Source of the DNA: Clostridiaceae bacterium
GTDB taxonomy: Bacteria; Bacillota; Clostridia; Oscillospirales; QAMX01
Reading direction: 5' to 3'
NCBI GenBank assembly: GCA_034926225.1
Contig: JAYFRF010000009.1
Span: 3,134-67,133, forward strand
Length of the DNA stretch: 64,000 bases
Shown: positions 42,163 through 52,550 of the stretch, in pieces
How the letters are laid out: every line of letters starts with the position of its first letter
Numbering within the stretch: position 1 is the first letter of the stretch
Program-made: the position numbers and the translations under genes
The notes under the pieces: generated by a model
What the model saw: only the letters and a program-made list of their open reading frames with translations
Databases searched by the model: none
Told to the model about the DNA's origin: nothing

Positions 42163-42921
42163 ATGGTTTGTATGAAGCCTTTGATTCTGATAACGCCTAC
42201 CTATACGTATACGGATAAGCTGCCTCTGAATGATTTTACCTTCCGTGTAAACTCCACTTATGTCGCGGCGTTCAGCGCCGCCGGGGCAGTGCCTGTTGTC
42301 GCTGTTGAGACGGACTATGAAGCTCTCGTCGAGCATGCCGACGGCGTCCTTTTCGCGGGCGGCGTCGACGTCGATCCCGTCTATTTCGGCGAGGCCGCCG
42401 CGAACGATACCGTCGAGATCTGCCGGGCCAGAGATGAGCTCGAGCTTGCCCTCTTTGAGAAGGCCGCCGCGAAAGGCTTGCCCATCCTCGGCATCTGCCG
42501 CGGCATCCAGCTCATCAACGTCGCGCTCGGTGGCAGTCTGTGGCAGGATATTCCCTCTCAATGCGCGGGTTCCCTCGTCCACAGCGGCGGCGCGCGCCAC
42601 GAGGTGCGCTGTGAGGATAATTCCGTCGTCAGCCGCTTGTTTGGGGAGAGTGTTCTCACAAACTCCTACCACCATCAGTCCGTGAAAACCCCCGGACGCG
42701 GCCTGCGCGTAACAGCGTATGCCTCCGACGGTATCGTCGAGGCCGTTGAGCATGAGAGCCTGCCCATCCTCGGACTGCAGTGGCATCCCGAGCGGCAGAC
42801 AGGTGATTTCAAGCCGGACGGCGTGGACGATATGACCGAGGTCTTCCGCATGTTCGTCCGCTGTTGTGCAGAGCGTAACAGCAGTTACGCGCGTGACAGC
42901 AGTTGCGCCAAGCGGAGCTGA
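42163..42921 (+). CDS. Class I glutamine amidotransferase / gamma-glutamyl-GABA hydrolase-like (peptidase C26)
   Basis: LPILGICRGIQLINVALGGSLWQDI...YHHQSV...GLQWHPE. Confidence 0.85.
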   Translation: MVCMKPLILITPTYTYTDKLPLNDFTFRVNSTYVAAFSAAGAVPVVAVETDYEALVEHADGVLFAGGVDVDPVYFGEAAANDTVEICRARDELELALFEKAAAKGLPILGICRGIQLINVALGGSLWQDIPSQCAGSLVHSGGARHEVRCEDNSVVSRLFGESVLTNSYHHQSVKTPGRGLRVTAYASDGIVEAVEHESLPILGLQWHPERQTGDFKPDGVDDMTEVFRMFVRCCAERNSSYARDSSCAKRS

Positions 42922-42924
42922 CGA

Positions 42925-43269
42925 ATGGCGGGATACAAGACGGTCAACCTCGAGCTGGGCATGCCGACCGCCGACCGCGCCATCCGCCGGTTGACGTATG
43001 AGCTGGCCGCGGCGAAGAGCATGGGCTATACCGCCGTCAAGCTCATTCACGGCTATGGCTCCTCCGGCAAAGGCGGCGTGCTGCGCGTCGAGGTGCGGGA
43101 GTATCTTTTAAGAAAGCATCGGCGCGGCGAGATTCAGGCGTTCATCGAAGGTGAGCGGCTTTCCATCTTCGACGAGGATACCCGCATCGCGATGGGGCTG
43201 TGCCCCGAAATCCGTATGGATCGGGACCTCGAGCGGCACAATAACGGCATCACGGTTGTAATCCTGTAA
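42925..43269 (+). CDS. Smr-domain-like protein
   Basis: VKLIHGYGSSGKGGVLRVEVREYL resembles the Smr core. Confidence 0.55.
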   Translation: MAGYKTVNLELGMPTADRAIRRLTYELAAAKSMGYTAVKLIHGYGSSGKGGVLRVEVREYLLRKHRRGEIQAFIEGERLSIFDEDTRIAMGLCPEIRMDRDLERHNNGITVVIL

Positions 43270-45433
43270 ACAGCGGCGACGGTTTCCCTGAGTACAGGAT
43301 CCGCAGCGTATGCAGCGCGCGCGTACATGCGACGTACAGCGCCCGCACAGCGTCCTGCGTATCCGGATAGCTTGCCGCGTCCGCGTCGGCCAGGATCACG
43401 CGGTCAAATTCCAGACCCTTCACGCTTTTGACATCGAACACGCTCGCCCCGCCCGCGTACGTCCCGTCAAGCGAGGCGTCCTCCGTGAACAGATGCACGC
43501 CCTCGCGCGCCGGCAGCGCGGCATACAGCGCCCTCGCGCTCTCCGCCGTCGCGCAGACGACGGCGAGCGACCCTTCCGCGCCCTTCCATGCCGTAAGCTC
43601 CTCCGATATGGCGGCTGTCACCGCCCCGTCATCGTCCAGCGCCGAAAAGATCACCGGTTCTCCGTGACGCACCACCGGCGTGATGTCGTAGGCGCGTGCG
43701 CGGCTGTGCGACAGCACCGCGTTCGCAACGGCCGCAATTTCGATCGTGTTGCGGTAGCTCTTTGATAAGACCCGGAACGCGTGGCTGCGTCCGGCAAAGC
43801 TTGCTTCGAGCACCGCGTCCCAGTCCGAAACCCCTGACTCGCCCGAGAGGTTCTGCGAGACGTCGCCGAGGATTGTAAACGTCGTGTGCGGCTGGGGGAA
43901 GATGCGTGCAAACATTGCGTACAGCGACGGGCCGAAGTCCTGCGCCTCGTCGATCACGAGATGCCGGAATTCGTCGGCACGGGTGGGTCGGTCGAGCCGC
44001 GCAGCCGCGTACAGGAGCGCGCACAGGTCATAGACGCCGTACTGCCCTGCCCGGACGCGTTTTAAGACGGCTTTCGCACGCGGATCGCCGCTTTTCGCGC
44101 TTTGCGTTAAAAACTGCGTGTAAAGCTTCTCGGGAGGCATCGCGCGCACCTTCCGCGCAAACCGGTTGCGCAGCTCGGACGACTGCTTCTTCGCTACGGC
44201 GATCAGCGCGTTGCGGTAGTCGATGATGTCCCCGACGTTTGAGTACCCCGTGGCCTCTCCCGCGCGAAAACGCGCGACGTCCCGGTCGGACTGTGCCTCC
44301 AGCCGTGCGATCGTACGCGGCAGCGCCGTCGAAAGCCGCAGCTCGAGGATGCTGTGCATCAGCTCCGCACGGTCGGCGCAAGGATGCGTCCGGCCGCCAA
44401 TCACGCGCTCGGCTATCTCTTGCCGTGTCATGATCGGCTCGTCAAGGAGCATCAGGTCCTCCGAGAGGAACACGCTGTCCTCAAACGCACGGACATGTGC
44501 GTCGAACGCGTCGAAGAAGCCCTGCGAGCTTTGCCAGGCCGTTTCCGCCGCCGGCGGAGTGCTTTCCCGCTCCGGTTCCGGCAGACGCAGGATATAGCGC
44601 AGAAGCTCCGGCATGACCATCTGCCGCACGTTCTCCACACCGAGGTCGGGGAGCATCCCCGAGATGTACGACAGGAACATCCGGTTTGAGCCAATCACGA
44701 CGAAGCCCGAGGTCTTCATCTTGTCGGAAAAGTTGAAGATCAGATACGCAAGCCTGTGCAGCGCGACCGTCGTCTTCCCCGACCCCGCGACGCCCTGCAC
44801 CAGGACGTCCTTCCACGGGTCGACACGGATGATTTCGTTTTGATCCTTCTGAATCGTCGCGACGATGTCCTTTAAGACGGCGCTCGCGTTCTTCGACAGG
44901 TATTCCTGCAGCAGAGCGTCATTGGCGACCATATCCGCGTCGAAATACGCGCCGAGAACACCGTTTTTGATGTTATACGTCCGCTTGCAGGACAGCTCGC
45001 CCTGAATCGTCTCCTCGACGCTCCGGTACGACGCCCGTCCGGGCGTCGCGTCGTAATAGAGGTTTGCGACCGGCGTGCGCCAGTCGACGACGACGGTTTT
45101 GTGCGTGCGCTCATCGTACAGGCCGCCGCGTCCGATGTAGATACGGCTTATGTGACCTTCGTCGTCCGCGCGGAAGTCGACGCGCCCGAAATACGGGCTG
45201 TCCCCCGCGCGGGAGAGCGCGTGCAGCACCGATCCTTGACTTTTCTGCATATCCGTCGCCACAACGAGCGCCATCCGCAGTTCCTCGTTATCCGAGTTGT
45301 AGTGCTCCATCATGTCCGCGATCTGTTCGTCAAGCTCCGCCTTCGTCGCGGAGACCTCCGCGTTCTTCTTCGCGACAAATTCCAGCGTCTCCTTCAGGTT
45401 TTGCCGCTCAAAACGTTCCGACAAGGTATCCAT
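43250..45433 (-). CDS. helD: UvrD-family helicase, HelD-like
   Basis: An N-terminal coiled coil is followed by SPYFGRVDF. The Walker A is VQGVAGSGKTTVALHRLAYL, and the C-terminal motif is VKGLEFDRVIL. Confidence 0.75.
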   Translation of the reverse strand: MDTLSERFERQNLKETLEFVAKKNAEVSATKAELDEQIADMMEHYNSDNEELRMALVVATDMQKSQGSVLHALSRAGDSPYFGRVDFRADDEGHISRIYIGRGGLYDERTHKTVVVDWRTPVANLYYDATPGRASYRSVEETIQGELSCKRTYNIKNGVLGAYFDADMVANDALLQEYLSKNASAVLKDIVATIQKDQNEIIRVDPWKDVLVQGVAGSGKTTVALHRLAYLIFNFSDKMKTSGFVVIGSNRMFLSYISGMLPDLGVENVRQMVMPELLRYILRLPEPERESTPPAAETAWQSSQGFFDAFDAHVRAFEDSVFLSEDLMLLDEPIMTRQEIAERVIGGRTHPCADRAELMHSILELRLSTALPRTIARLEAQSDRDVARFRAGEATGYSNVGDIIDYRNALIAVAKKQSSELRNRFARKVRAMPPEKLYTQFLTQSAKSGDPRAKAVLKRVRAGQYGVYDLCALLYAAARLDRPTRADEFRHLVIDEAQDFGPSLYAMFARIFPQPHTTFTILGDVSQNLSGESGVSDWDAVLEASFAGRSHAFRVLSKSYRNTIEIAAVANAVLSHSRARAYDITPVVRHGEPVIFSALDDDGAVTAAISEELTAWKGAEGSLAVVCATAESARALYAALPAREGVHLFTEDASLDGTYAGGASVFDVKSVKGLEFDRVILADADAASYPDTQDAVRALYVACTRALHTLRILYSGKPSPLFTGLQP

Positions 45434-45526
45434 CGATTTCTTCCCTCCTTTTTTGACGTGAAGGCATCCATTTTACGCCTATTTTACGCACTTGTCAAGT
45501 GCTAATTCTCATAAAGGAGCAAAAAT

Positions 45527-48250
45527 ATGACTGTACTTGATCTCTCCGGCGCATGGTCGTGCGCGTATACCGCGCCGGGAGAAGCCGCTATGCCAAAAGC
45601 CTTCCCCGGGACCATCCGTGTCCCCGGCTACTGGGACGACCAGAGCGCCGCTTTCGAGGACTTTTCCCCGGTGACGAACCCCGACTACATCCCTGTGGTA
45701 TACCCCATGCCCGATACCCCCGATGCGTCGCTGCCGTATATCGTCGGCACCGTCTGGTATCAAAGGCGGTTTACCCTCGACGAGCCGACACCCTGCGCCG
45801 TCCTCGAGCTCGCGGGTGTATGCACCGGGGTGCGCGTCTGGGCAAACGGCGCGTATGTCGGACAGGCGTTTAGCTACTCCGTTCCGCATCGCTTTTCCCT
45901 CGATGGCTATCTGCAAAAAGGGGAGAATACCCTTCTCCTTGCCGTCGATAACGACCCGCACGGCCGCCTCGGCTGCGTGACGCGCGGCTTTAAGGGATTT
46001 TCCGGTGGGATTACCCGCGCCGTTACCCTCCGCGCCACCGGGAAATGCCGCATCGCGGACGCCGCCGCGTTCGCCCGCGACGAAAAGTTCTTCACCCTCG
46101 ACGTGCTCTTTGACGGCGACACCTCGAACGCCGAAATCTCCTATAAGATTTGCGACGGTCTGCACGTCCTCAAGGAGGGCAATTTCCCGCTCGACGGCGC
46201 GTCGCTGCGCCGTGATATACTCTCGCTCGGGCTTGCGCGCTGGAGCGAAACCGACCCACGAGTCTACGAATGTAAGATTACCCTAAGGAACCGTGACGGC
46301 GTATGCGACAGACTGACTGTCCCCCTCGGCCTGCGGAGCTTTCGCCGCGATAAAACCCGCTTGACACTCGACGGCGTTCCCGTCTTCCTGCGCGGCGCGA
46401 CCGAGCACGCCTACTATCCTGAAACCTGCACCCCGCCCGCCGATGTCGAGACCTATCTTGAAAAGCTCGGCATCCTTAAAGGTTACGGCTTTAATTTCCT
46501 GCGCTTCCATACCTCCGTTCCGAACGAGGAATACATGACCGCCGCCGACGCTTTGGGCTTCTTTATTCAAGTCGAAGCCCCGGTCAACTGCGACTTATCC
46601 GAGTGGGAGGACATCCTCCGCTTTACGCGCCGCCACCCCAGCGTCGCCGTCCTCTGCGGCGGCAACGAGGAGCTGCTCGACGAGGACAAGATCGCCGCCC
46701 TCGCCCGCGAGGCGCGTCTTGCGCACACCCTCGCCCCCGCGACACTCTGTAACCCGCAGGAAGCCCTGCGCGGGATCGAATACGGCTGGAGCGACGCCGA
46801 CATGGGAGACTGCGTCGATGAGCCGAGCGCGCATAACCCGAAGCGTCTCGCCGCGCTGAAAACCTTCTCCGACGTTTTCGGCCAGTTTACGTGGGGCTTT
46901 TTGAGCTACGGCTCCACCGACGGCGAAAACCACGAGCTGGACCGCCGCCTTGCCGTCTACGAGCGACCCTGCCTCGCTCACGAAATGGGCATCTATGGCG
47001 GCTATTTCGACTTTTCTCTTGAAAAACGTTACGAGGGGACGCGCATCGGCACCGATATGTACGCCAAAGCCCGCGAATACCTCGAGCGCGAGGGCCTGTT
47101 CGACCGCTGGGAACAGTTTTACCGCAATTCGAGCGCGCTGATGGCGTCCGTCCGCAAGCAGAACGTCGAGACCGCCCGCAAATGCCGTCTACTTGCCGGG
47201 TTTGACTACCTCGGCGCGATCGACTACCACTGGCACCGTACGGGCTACCCTTGCGGTATCCTGAGCGAGTTCTACGAGGAAAAGCCTTATTCCCCCAGGG
47301 CTGAGGTACTCTCGTGGAACAGCCCCACCGTTCTGCTATGGGATCACTGCAACCGCTTTACCTACTATAGCGGCGACCAAATGGAATGCACCCTGCTCGT
47401 CTCACGCTTTGACTTAAGTGACCTCCCCTCCGGTACGGTGACATGGATGCTCACAGATGCGCACGGCGCGTCCGAGGGCTGTGGCATTACCGAAACGGCC
47501 GAAGTCCCGAACGGCAGCGTCGCCGAGGTATGCGCCTTTCGCGTCCGGCTGCCGGCAAAGGAGGGCAAATACACCTTATCCACCGTTCTCACGTCGGAGG
47601 AGTCTCCCATCCGCAACCGCTGGACGCTCTGGTGCTTCGACCGCGCCGAAAAGACAGTTCCCGCAAACGTCCGCGTGACCGATACGCTGACCGACGCCGA
47701 TGTAGCGGCCCTTGAACGCGGCGCGCGCATCCTCCTGACCTCCGCGCATCCTCTGCCGTCCGAGGAGACTGCCTTCCAGCCCATGTGCGCCGGCCGTCCC
47801 CATGGCGTCGCGGCATCGGTCATCCATCCCCATCCCGCCCTCGATGCCTTTCCCCACGACGGATGGTGTGACTGGCAGTTTAAGACCCTGCTCGACGGCG
47901 GCACCGCCGTCCGCTACGGCGCGCCGAGCGCGCCGGCGATGGACGCCGCCTTCGCCCCCATCGTCGAGCTGGTCACGGGCTTTAAGAACATCGACCGCCT
48001 TGCCGCCGTCGCCGAATTTGGAGTAGGGGAGGGCAGGCTCCTTATTTGCGGGCTAGTCCTCGGCGACGCGCCAGAGCAGGTCGCCCTTCGCGCAAGGCTC
48101 ATGACTTACCTCGCGGGTACGCTCGTCCCCGCGCCGTCGATCGCGCCGGATACCCTCCGCGCCCGGATCGCCGAGCGCGAACAGGCAACCTCCCATATCG
48201 CTACCGATCGCGGGTACGATGCAAACGCGCAGGTGAAGATCACATTCTGA
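45527..48250 (+). CDS. Glycoside hydrolase family 2-like protein
   Basis: The N-terminal sugar-binding motif is GTVWYQRRFTL. The TIM-barrel region has GFNFLRFHTSVPNEEY and CGGNEELL. Confidence 0.65.
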   Translation: MTVLDLSGAWSCAYTAPGEAAMPKAFPGTIRVPGYWDDQSAAFEDFSPVTNPDYIPVVYPMPDTPDASLPYIVGTVWYQRRFTLDEPTPCAVLELAGVCTGVRVWANGAYVGQAFSYSVPHRFSLDGYLQKGENTLLLAVDNDPHGRLGCVTRGFKGFSGGITRAVTLRATGKCRIADAAAFARDEKFFTLDVLFDGDTSNAEISYKICDGLHVLKEGNFPLDGASLRRDILSLGLARWSETDPRVYECKITLRNRDGVCDRLTVPLGLRSFRRDKTRLTLDGVPVFLRGATEHAYYPETCTPPADVETYLEKLGILKGYGFNFLRFHTSVPNEEYMTAADALGFFIQVEAPVNCDLSEWEDILRFTRRHPSVAVLCGGNEELLDEDKIAALAREARLAHTLAPATLCNPQEALRGIEYGWSDADMGDCVDEPSAHNPKRLAALKTFSDVFGQFTWGFLSYGSTDGENHELDRRLAVYERPCLAHEMGIYGGYFDFSLEKRYEGTRIGTDMYAKAREYLEREGLFDRWEQFYRNSSALMASVRKQNVETARKCRLLAGFDYLGAIDYHWHRTGYPCGILSEFYEEKPYSPRAEVLSWNSPTVLLWDHCNRFTYYSGDQMECTLLVSRFDLSDLPSGTVTWMLTDAHGASEGCGITETAEVPNGSVAEVCAFRVRLPAKEGKYTLSTVLTSEESPIRNRWTLWCFDRAEKTVPANVRVTDTLTDADVAALERGARILLTSAHPLPSEETAFQPMCAGRPHGVAASVIHPHPALDAFPHDGWCDWQFKTLLDGGTAVRYGAPSAPAMDAAFAPIVELVTGFKNIDRLAAVAEFGVGEGRLLICGLVLGDAPEQVALRARLMTYLAGTLVPAPSIAPDTLRARIAEREQATSHIATDRGYDANAQVKITF

Positions 48251-48272
48251 CTGAACAAAGGAGGATGCCCCC

Positions 48273-49715
48273 ATGTCCACGCGAATCGCCGCATGGCTTC
48301 TGTTCGCGCTGTTTCTGTTCCCCGACGCATACCCCGGATACGGTAGCTTCCTCCGTGTGGATACCCATGCCGACACGCTTGCCGCCGCGCTGACTAAGGG
48401 GTTTTCCCGGACGGATACCGCCACCCTCACGACAGCCGACGGGGAAATCCTCCGCGTGGAGGGCGCGTCCGATACCGCGCGCGTCCGGCTCTACCGCTTC
48501 CCCTCCGGCGCGCTTGTCTGCCAGCGGCAGGAACGCGCTGCCGCCACGGTGACCATCGACTTCACCGGCTCCGGTACCGTCCGATGGGTCGAAAACGGCG
48601 TGTGGGTCGAGAAGCCCTCCGTGACGAGCGGCACTCAGACTTTATATATTCGCTTGACCGACGGGGGAGAGACGCGCGAGCTGATTGTCAATCCGCCGAA
48701 GATGTATCGCGGCGCGCCGCTCGGCTGCGTCGAGGAAATCCCCGCGTCCGCGGGCACCGTTTCCGTCGCCGAAAACGCCGGGAACGTTCGCGTAACCATC
48801 CGGGTACCCCTTCCCCCTTACGCTGCGTGGGCGGACTGGTCGGTCGTCTATGCCGACACGCCGCTGATCGACTGGTCGAATGACACTCTGCGCGCGCTGT
48901 GGGCTAACTACGACCTCAGCGAGAAAAGCCGTCTGACCTTCGACGGCTGCTGTTACAAAATAGAGCCTGACTATGAACCGGCGGGGGAGAATATCTTCGA
49001 ATACGCACCCTCCATGTACGTCCCAAACGGCATGGCGCAGTCCGGCGGCTCCGACGCGGCGTTTTATCTCGCGACCGTCATGCTCGACCTCGCACGCAGC
49101 CGCTACACCGACGAGGGCTATTTCCCGACCGAGACGAGAAGCCTCTGGCTTGCGCGCGACTACGGGTGTGCCCCAGGATTCTTCGATACCCGGTTTAATA
49201 CCGACACCGCCTATTCGTATCGGAAGCTCGGGCGCGAGTACGGTATCCCCGCCTTCCTCGACGTCGCCGAACGCTACACAGCGTATCTCCTTGCGCATAT
49301 CGAAACGTACGGAATCCCGACCGAAAACGGCGTACTGGCCCCCGACTACGCGGGCTCGGGGGAGCCTACGCACGCTTCCTTAAACCATATGCTCGCGGAA
49401 ATACTCTATCTCTACCGCGACGGCTCCGAGGAGGCGTCGTCCGCTGCCGACGCGCTTCTCGCCGGGATCGCCGATCTCGGCCGCGCGTGGATCCGCCCGA
49501 ACGGGAATCTTCACTACGCATGGCTTCCCGACGGGTCGTTTGGTTTAGAGGATTACCCGTATCTGACGTATAACGATCTCTACAACCTGCAAAGCTACCT
49601 CTATGAGACGACCGGCGTTCAAAACGCCGCGATCGACATGCTCATGCACGCAAAGCTTGCGTGGATGCGCGGTAACGGTATAACCGGCTACAAAACAGAC
49701 CTCATCGGCAACTAA
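48273..49715 (+). CDS. Hypothetical secreted/membrane-anchored protein
   Basis: It has a hydrophobic N-terminus IAAWLLFALFLF. No family was recognised. Confidence 0.5.
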   Translation: MSTRIAAWLLFALFLFPDAYPGYGSFLRVDTHADTLAAALTKGFSRTDTATLTTADGEILRVEGASDTARVRLYRFPSGALVCQRQERAAATVTIDFTGSGTVRWVENGVWVEKPSVTSGTQTLYIRLTDGGETRELIVNPPKMYRGAPLGCVEEIPASAGTVSVAENAGNVRVTIRVPLPPYAAWADWSVVYADTPLIDWSNDTLRALWANYDLSEKSRLTFDGCCYKIEPDYEPAGENIFEYAPSMYVPNGMAQSGGSDAAFYLATVMLDLARSRYTDEGYFPTETRSLWLARDYGCAPGFFDTRFNTDTAYSYRKLGREYGIPAFLDVAERYTAYLLAHIETYGIPTENGVLAPDYAGSGEPTHASLNHMLAEILYLYRDGSEEASSAADALLAGIADLGRAWIRPNGNLHYAWLPDGSFGLEDYPYLTYNDLYNLQSYLYETTGVQNAAIDMLMHAKLAWMRGNGITGYKTDLIGN

Positions 49716-49729
49716 AAGGAGGGTTTTCA

Positions 49730-52069
49730 TTGGCAGAGCATCCGTTTTACAGGCTTGCGCCGTTTATTCAGGAATTTATCTATAAGAACGAGTGGAAATC
49801 CCTGCGCGCCGTACAGGTCGCGGCGTGCGAGACGATTTTCGATACCGACTGCCATCTCCTGCTCGCGGCAACCACCGCCGCGGGAAAAACCGAGGCCGCG
49901 TTCTTCCCGATTCTCACCGACCTTTACGAAAATCCCCCCGCGACCCTCGGCGCGCTCTATATCGGCCCCTTAAAAGCCCTCATCAACGATCAGTTCCAAC
50001 GCCTGGAAGCCCTCTGCGCCGAAGGGGACATCCCCGTATGGCACCGCCACGGCGACGTGTCGCAGTCCCACAAGGAAAAGATGCTTAAAAACCCACGCGG
50101 CGTGCTGCAAATTACCCCGGAATCCCTCGAAGCCCTGATGATGCACAAGCACGGTGACCTCGTCCGTCTGTTCGGGGAGCTGCGCTATGTCGTCATCGAC
50201 GAGGTACATGCCCTCATGCGCGCCGACCGCGGCGGTCAGGTGCTGTGCCTGCTCGAGCGCCTGGAGCGTATGTCCGGCTGCCGACCCCGCAGAATCGGGC
50301 TTTCCGCCACCATCGGTGACCTAGACGCCGCGGGACGCTGGCTTGCCGGTAACAGCGGCCGCCGCACCATTGCCCCCAAGCTCGAGGCGGTCGGTACGCG
50401 CTGGCGGCTCACCCTCGCGCATTTCCCCGTCTCCGAAAACGCCTCCGACTACAACCGCACCCGCCGCTGGAAGCTCCCGAACGCCCTGCCGGACGAAGCA
50501 CCGCCCGAGCCTGTCCTCGCCGAAACCGCGCCCGATGTCGAAAGTCCCGACGGCGCCGCCTACGATGAAAAGGCCGCGGAGTCGGGTGTCCTCGCAAACG
50601 CCGACCCCGGCTTCCACTATATTTTCGACCACACAGCGGGCAAGAAGTGCCTAATTTTTTGCAACAGCCGCGAGGAAGCGGAAATGGTTACCACCACCCT
50701 CCGCCAGTACTGCGAGGACATGCACGAGCCGGAACGTTTCCTCATCCATCACGGCAACCTTTCCGCGTCCTACCGCGAGACGGCCGAGGCCCTCATGAAG
50801 GACGACACCCTGACGTTCTCCACCGTGACCACGGCGACGCTGGAGCTTGGCATTGATATCGGTAGGCTCGAGCGGGCGTTTCAGGTGGACGCGCCTTTCA
50901 CCGTCAGCTCATTTTTACAGCGCATGGGACGCACCGGGCGGCGCGGAGATCCGCAGGAGATGTGGTTCGTCCTCCGCGAAGCCCCGCCCCTGCCGAGAGC
51001 GCCCATCCAGCACCACATCCCGTGGAAGCTTTTGCAGGCCATCGCCCTCGTCCAGCTTTATCTCGAGGAAAAGTGGGTAGAACCCCCGCGCGAGGGTAAG
51101 CGGCCGTTCTCGCTTCTGTTCCATCAGACCTTAAGCACCCTTGCCTCCTGCGGAGAGCTGACCCCACCGCAGCTTGCCGACCGCGTGCTGCGCCTGTCGC
51201 CCTTCCAAAACATCTCCCCGGACGATTACCGCGCGCTTCTGCGGCACATGCTCGACAACGACATGATCCAGACGACCGCCGACCGGGGTTTGATCATCGG
51301 CCTTGCCGGGGAACGCATTGTCAACAGCTATAAGTTCTACGCCGTCTTCCGCGAGGACGAGGAGTACGCCGTCCGCTGGGAGTCCCAGGAGCTTGGCACA
51401 CTCGTCATGCCGCCGCCCGTCGGGGAGCGCGTCGCCATTGCCGGACGCGTCTGGGAGGTCACGGAGCTTGACTTAAAGAAGCGTGTCCTCTACGTCGAGC
51501 CGGTGCGCGGCAACGTCCCGGCTTATTTCGGCCTTGTTCCCGGCGACATCCACACAAAGGTGCTGGAACGTATGCGGCAGGCTCTCATCGAGGACGTAAA
51601 CTATCCTTATCTGCAAAAAAACGCCGCACAGCGTCTCTACGAAGTCCGTACGCAGGTTCACGCCGCGAAGCTTTTAGAGGGAAGCTCCCCGCGTGACATA
51701 CTTTTCCGGCTCGGCGGCGATATGTGGTGCCTGACCCCCTGGCTCGGCACCTACGCATTTCTCGCGCTCGAGCGCTTCCTGCGCCTGATCTGCGGCAAGG
51801 AGCTCTCTCTCTCCGGCTTTGAATCCTCCCGCCCGTATTTCATGCAGTTCCACATGAAGGCCTCCGAGGACGAGTTCTGGCAGATCGTCCTCCGTCATGC
51901 GGCGGAGCCGGACGACCCCATGCAGTATCTCTACGACGGCGAAGTCCCGATCTTTGAAAAATACGACGACTACGTCCCAGCGGAGCTTTTGCGCCGCGCG
52001 TTTGCCTACGGGGTGCTTGATATCGATGGAGCGAAGAAGAGAATGCTGGAGGCTTCCTCCGCTTGCTGA
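49730..52069 (+). CDS. DEAD/DEAH (DEVH)-box helicase, Lhr-like
   Basis: Motif I is ATTAAGKTEAAFFPIL and motif II is VVIDEVHAL. Helicase C is TATLELGIDIG...QRMGRTGRRG. Confidence 0.75.
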   Translation: MAEHPFYRLAPFIQEFIYKNEWKSLRAVQVAACETIFDTDCHLLLAATTAAGKTEAAFFPILTDLYENPPATLGALYIGPLKALINDQFQRLEALCAEGDIPVWHRHGDVSQSHKEKMLKNPRGVLQITPESLEALMMHKHGDLVRLFGELRYVVIDEVHALMRADRGGQVLCLLERLERMSGCRPRRIGLSATIGDLDAAGRWLAGNSGRRTIAPKLEAVGTRWRLTLAHFPVSENASDYNRTRRWKLPNALPDEAPPEPVLAETAPDVESPDGAAYDEKAAESGVLANADPGFHYIFDHTAGKKCLIFCNSREEAEMVTTTLRQYCEDMHEPERFLIHHGNLSASYRETAEALMKDDTLTFSTVTTATLELGIDIGRLERAFQVDAPFTVSSFLQRMGRTGRRGDPQEMWFVLREAPPLPRAPIQHHIPWKLLQAIALVQLYLEEKWVEPPREGKRPFSLLFHQTLSTLASCGELTPPQLADRVLRLSPFQNISPDDYRALLRHMLDNDMIQTTADRGLIIGLAGERIVNSYKFYAVFREDEEYAVRWESQELGTLVMPPPVGERVAIAGRVWEVTELDLKKRVLYVEPVRGNVPAYFGLVPGDIHTKVLERMRQALIEDVNYPYLQKNAAQRLYEVRTQVHAAKLLEGSSPRDILFRLGGDMWCLTPWLGTYAFLALERFLRLICGKELSLSGFESSRPYFMQFHMKASEDEFWQIVLRHAAEPDDPMQYLYDGEVPIFEKYDDYVPAELLRRAFAYGVLDIDGAKKRMLEASSAC

Positions 52070-52092
52070 AACTTTTCAATGGCTGATACCTT

Positions 52093-52506
52093 TGCAGGGG
52101 CGCTTCCCGCCCCCTGCACCCCAGGGTTACTTTCTTTGCACGAGCAAAGAAAGTAACAAAGAAAGCTCGCTTAGGGGAACTTCGTTCCCCTAAGTACCCC
52201 TCCGGGGTTGCGTCACCTGCGGGCGACGCTTATACGAAGGTTTGCCTTTCATTAAAACAACTGTGCCGTCGTCTTCTGATCCATTCCGAAAACTCACCCT
52301 TGTTCTCGGGTGGCATTTTCCGTCAGGACAGGAGACGACGGCATTTCCAACTTTATACAAATTAAACTCCCGTATAAGCATCGCGAAGCGATGCCGTTCC
52401 GGGGTAATTCTTAAGAGGACTTTAGTCCTCTTAAGACGGCTTTCTTTCCCTCTTTCTTTGCCGGTGCAAAGAAAGAGGTCGGGAGGTGCAGGGGGGCGAA
52501 GCGCCC
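52093..52506. repeat. About 415-bp quasi-palindrome: two inverted copies of a triple-hairpin module flanking a hairpin-rich core
   Basis: The left module (52093-52200) and the reverse complement of the right module (52395-52506) share three hairpins: TGCAGGGGCG..CGCCCCCTGCA, CTTTCTTTGC(n4)GCAAAGAAAG, and CTTAGGGGAAC..GTTCCCCTAAG-like. The inner inverted repeats are CTTATACG/CGTATAAG and TGCCGTCGTCT/AGACGACGGCA. Confidence 0.75.
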
Positions 52507-52550
52507 CTTGCAAACTATCCACTGCTTTCAGTAAAAGCAGTGGGATAGTT

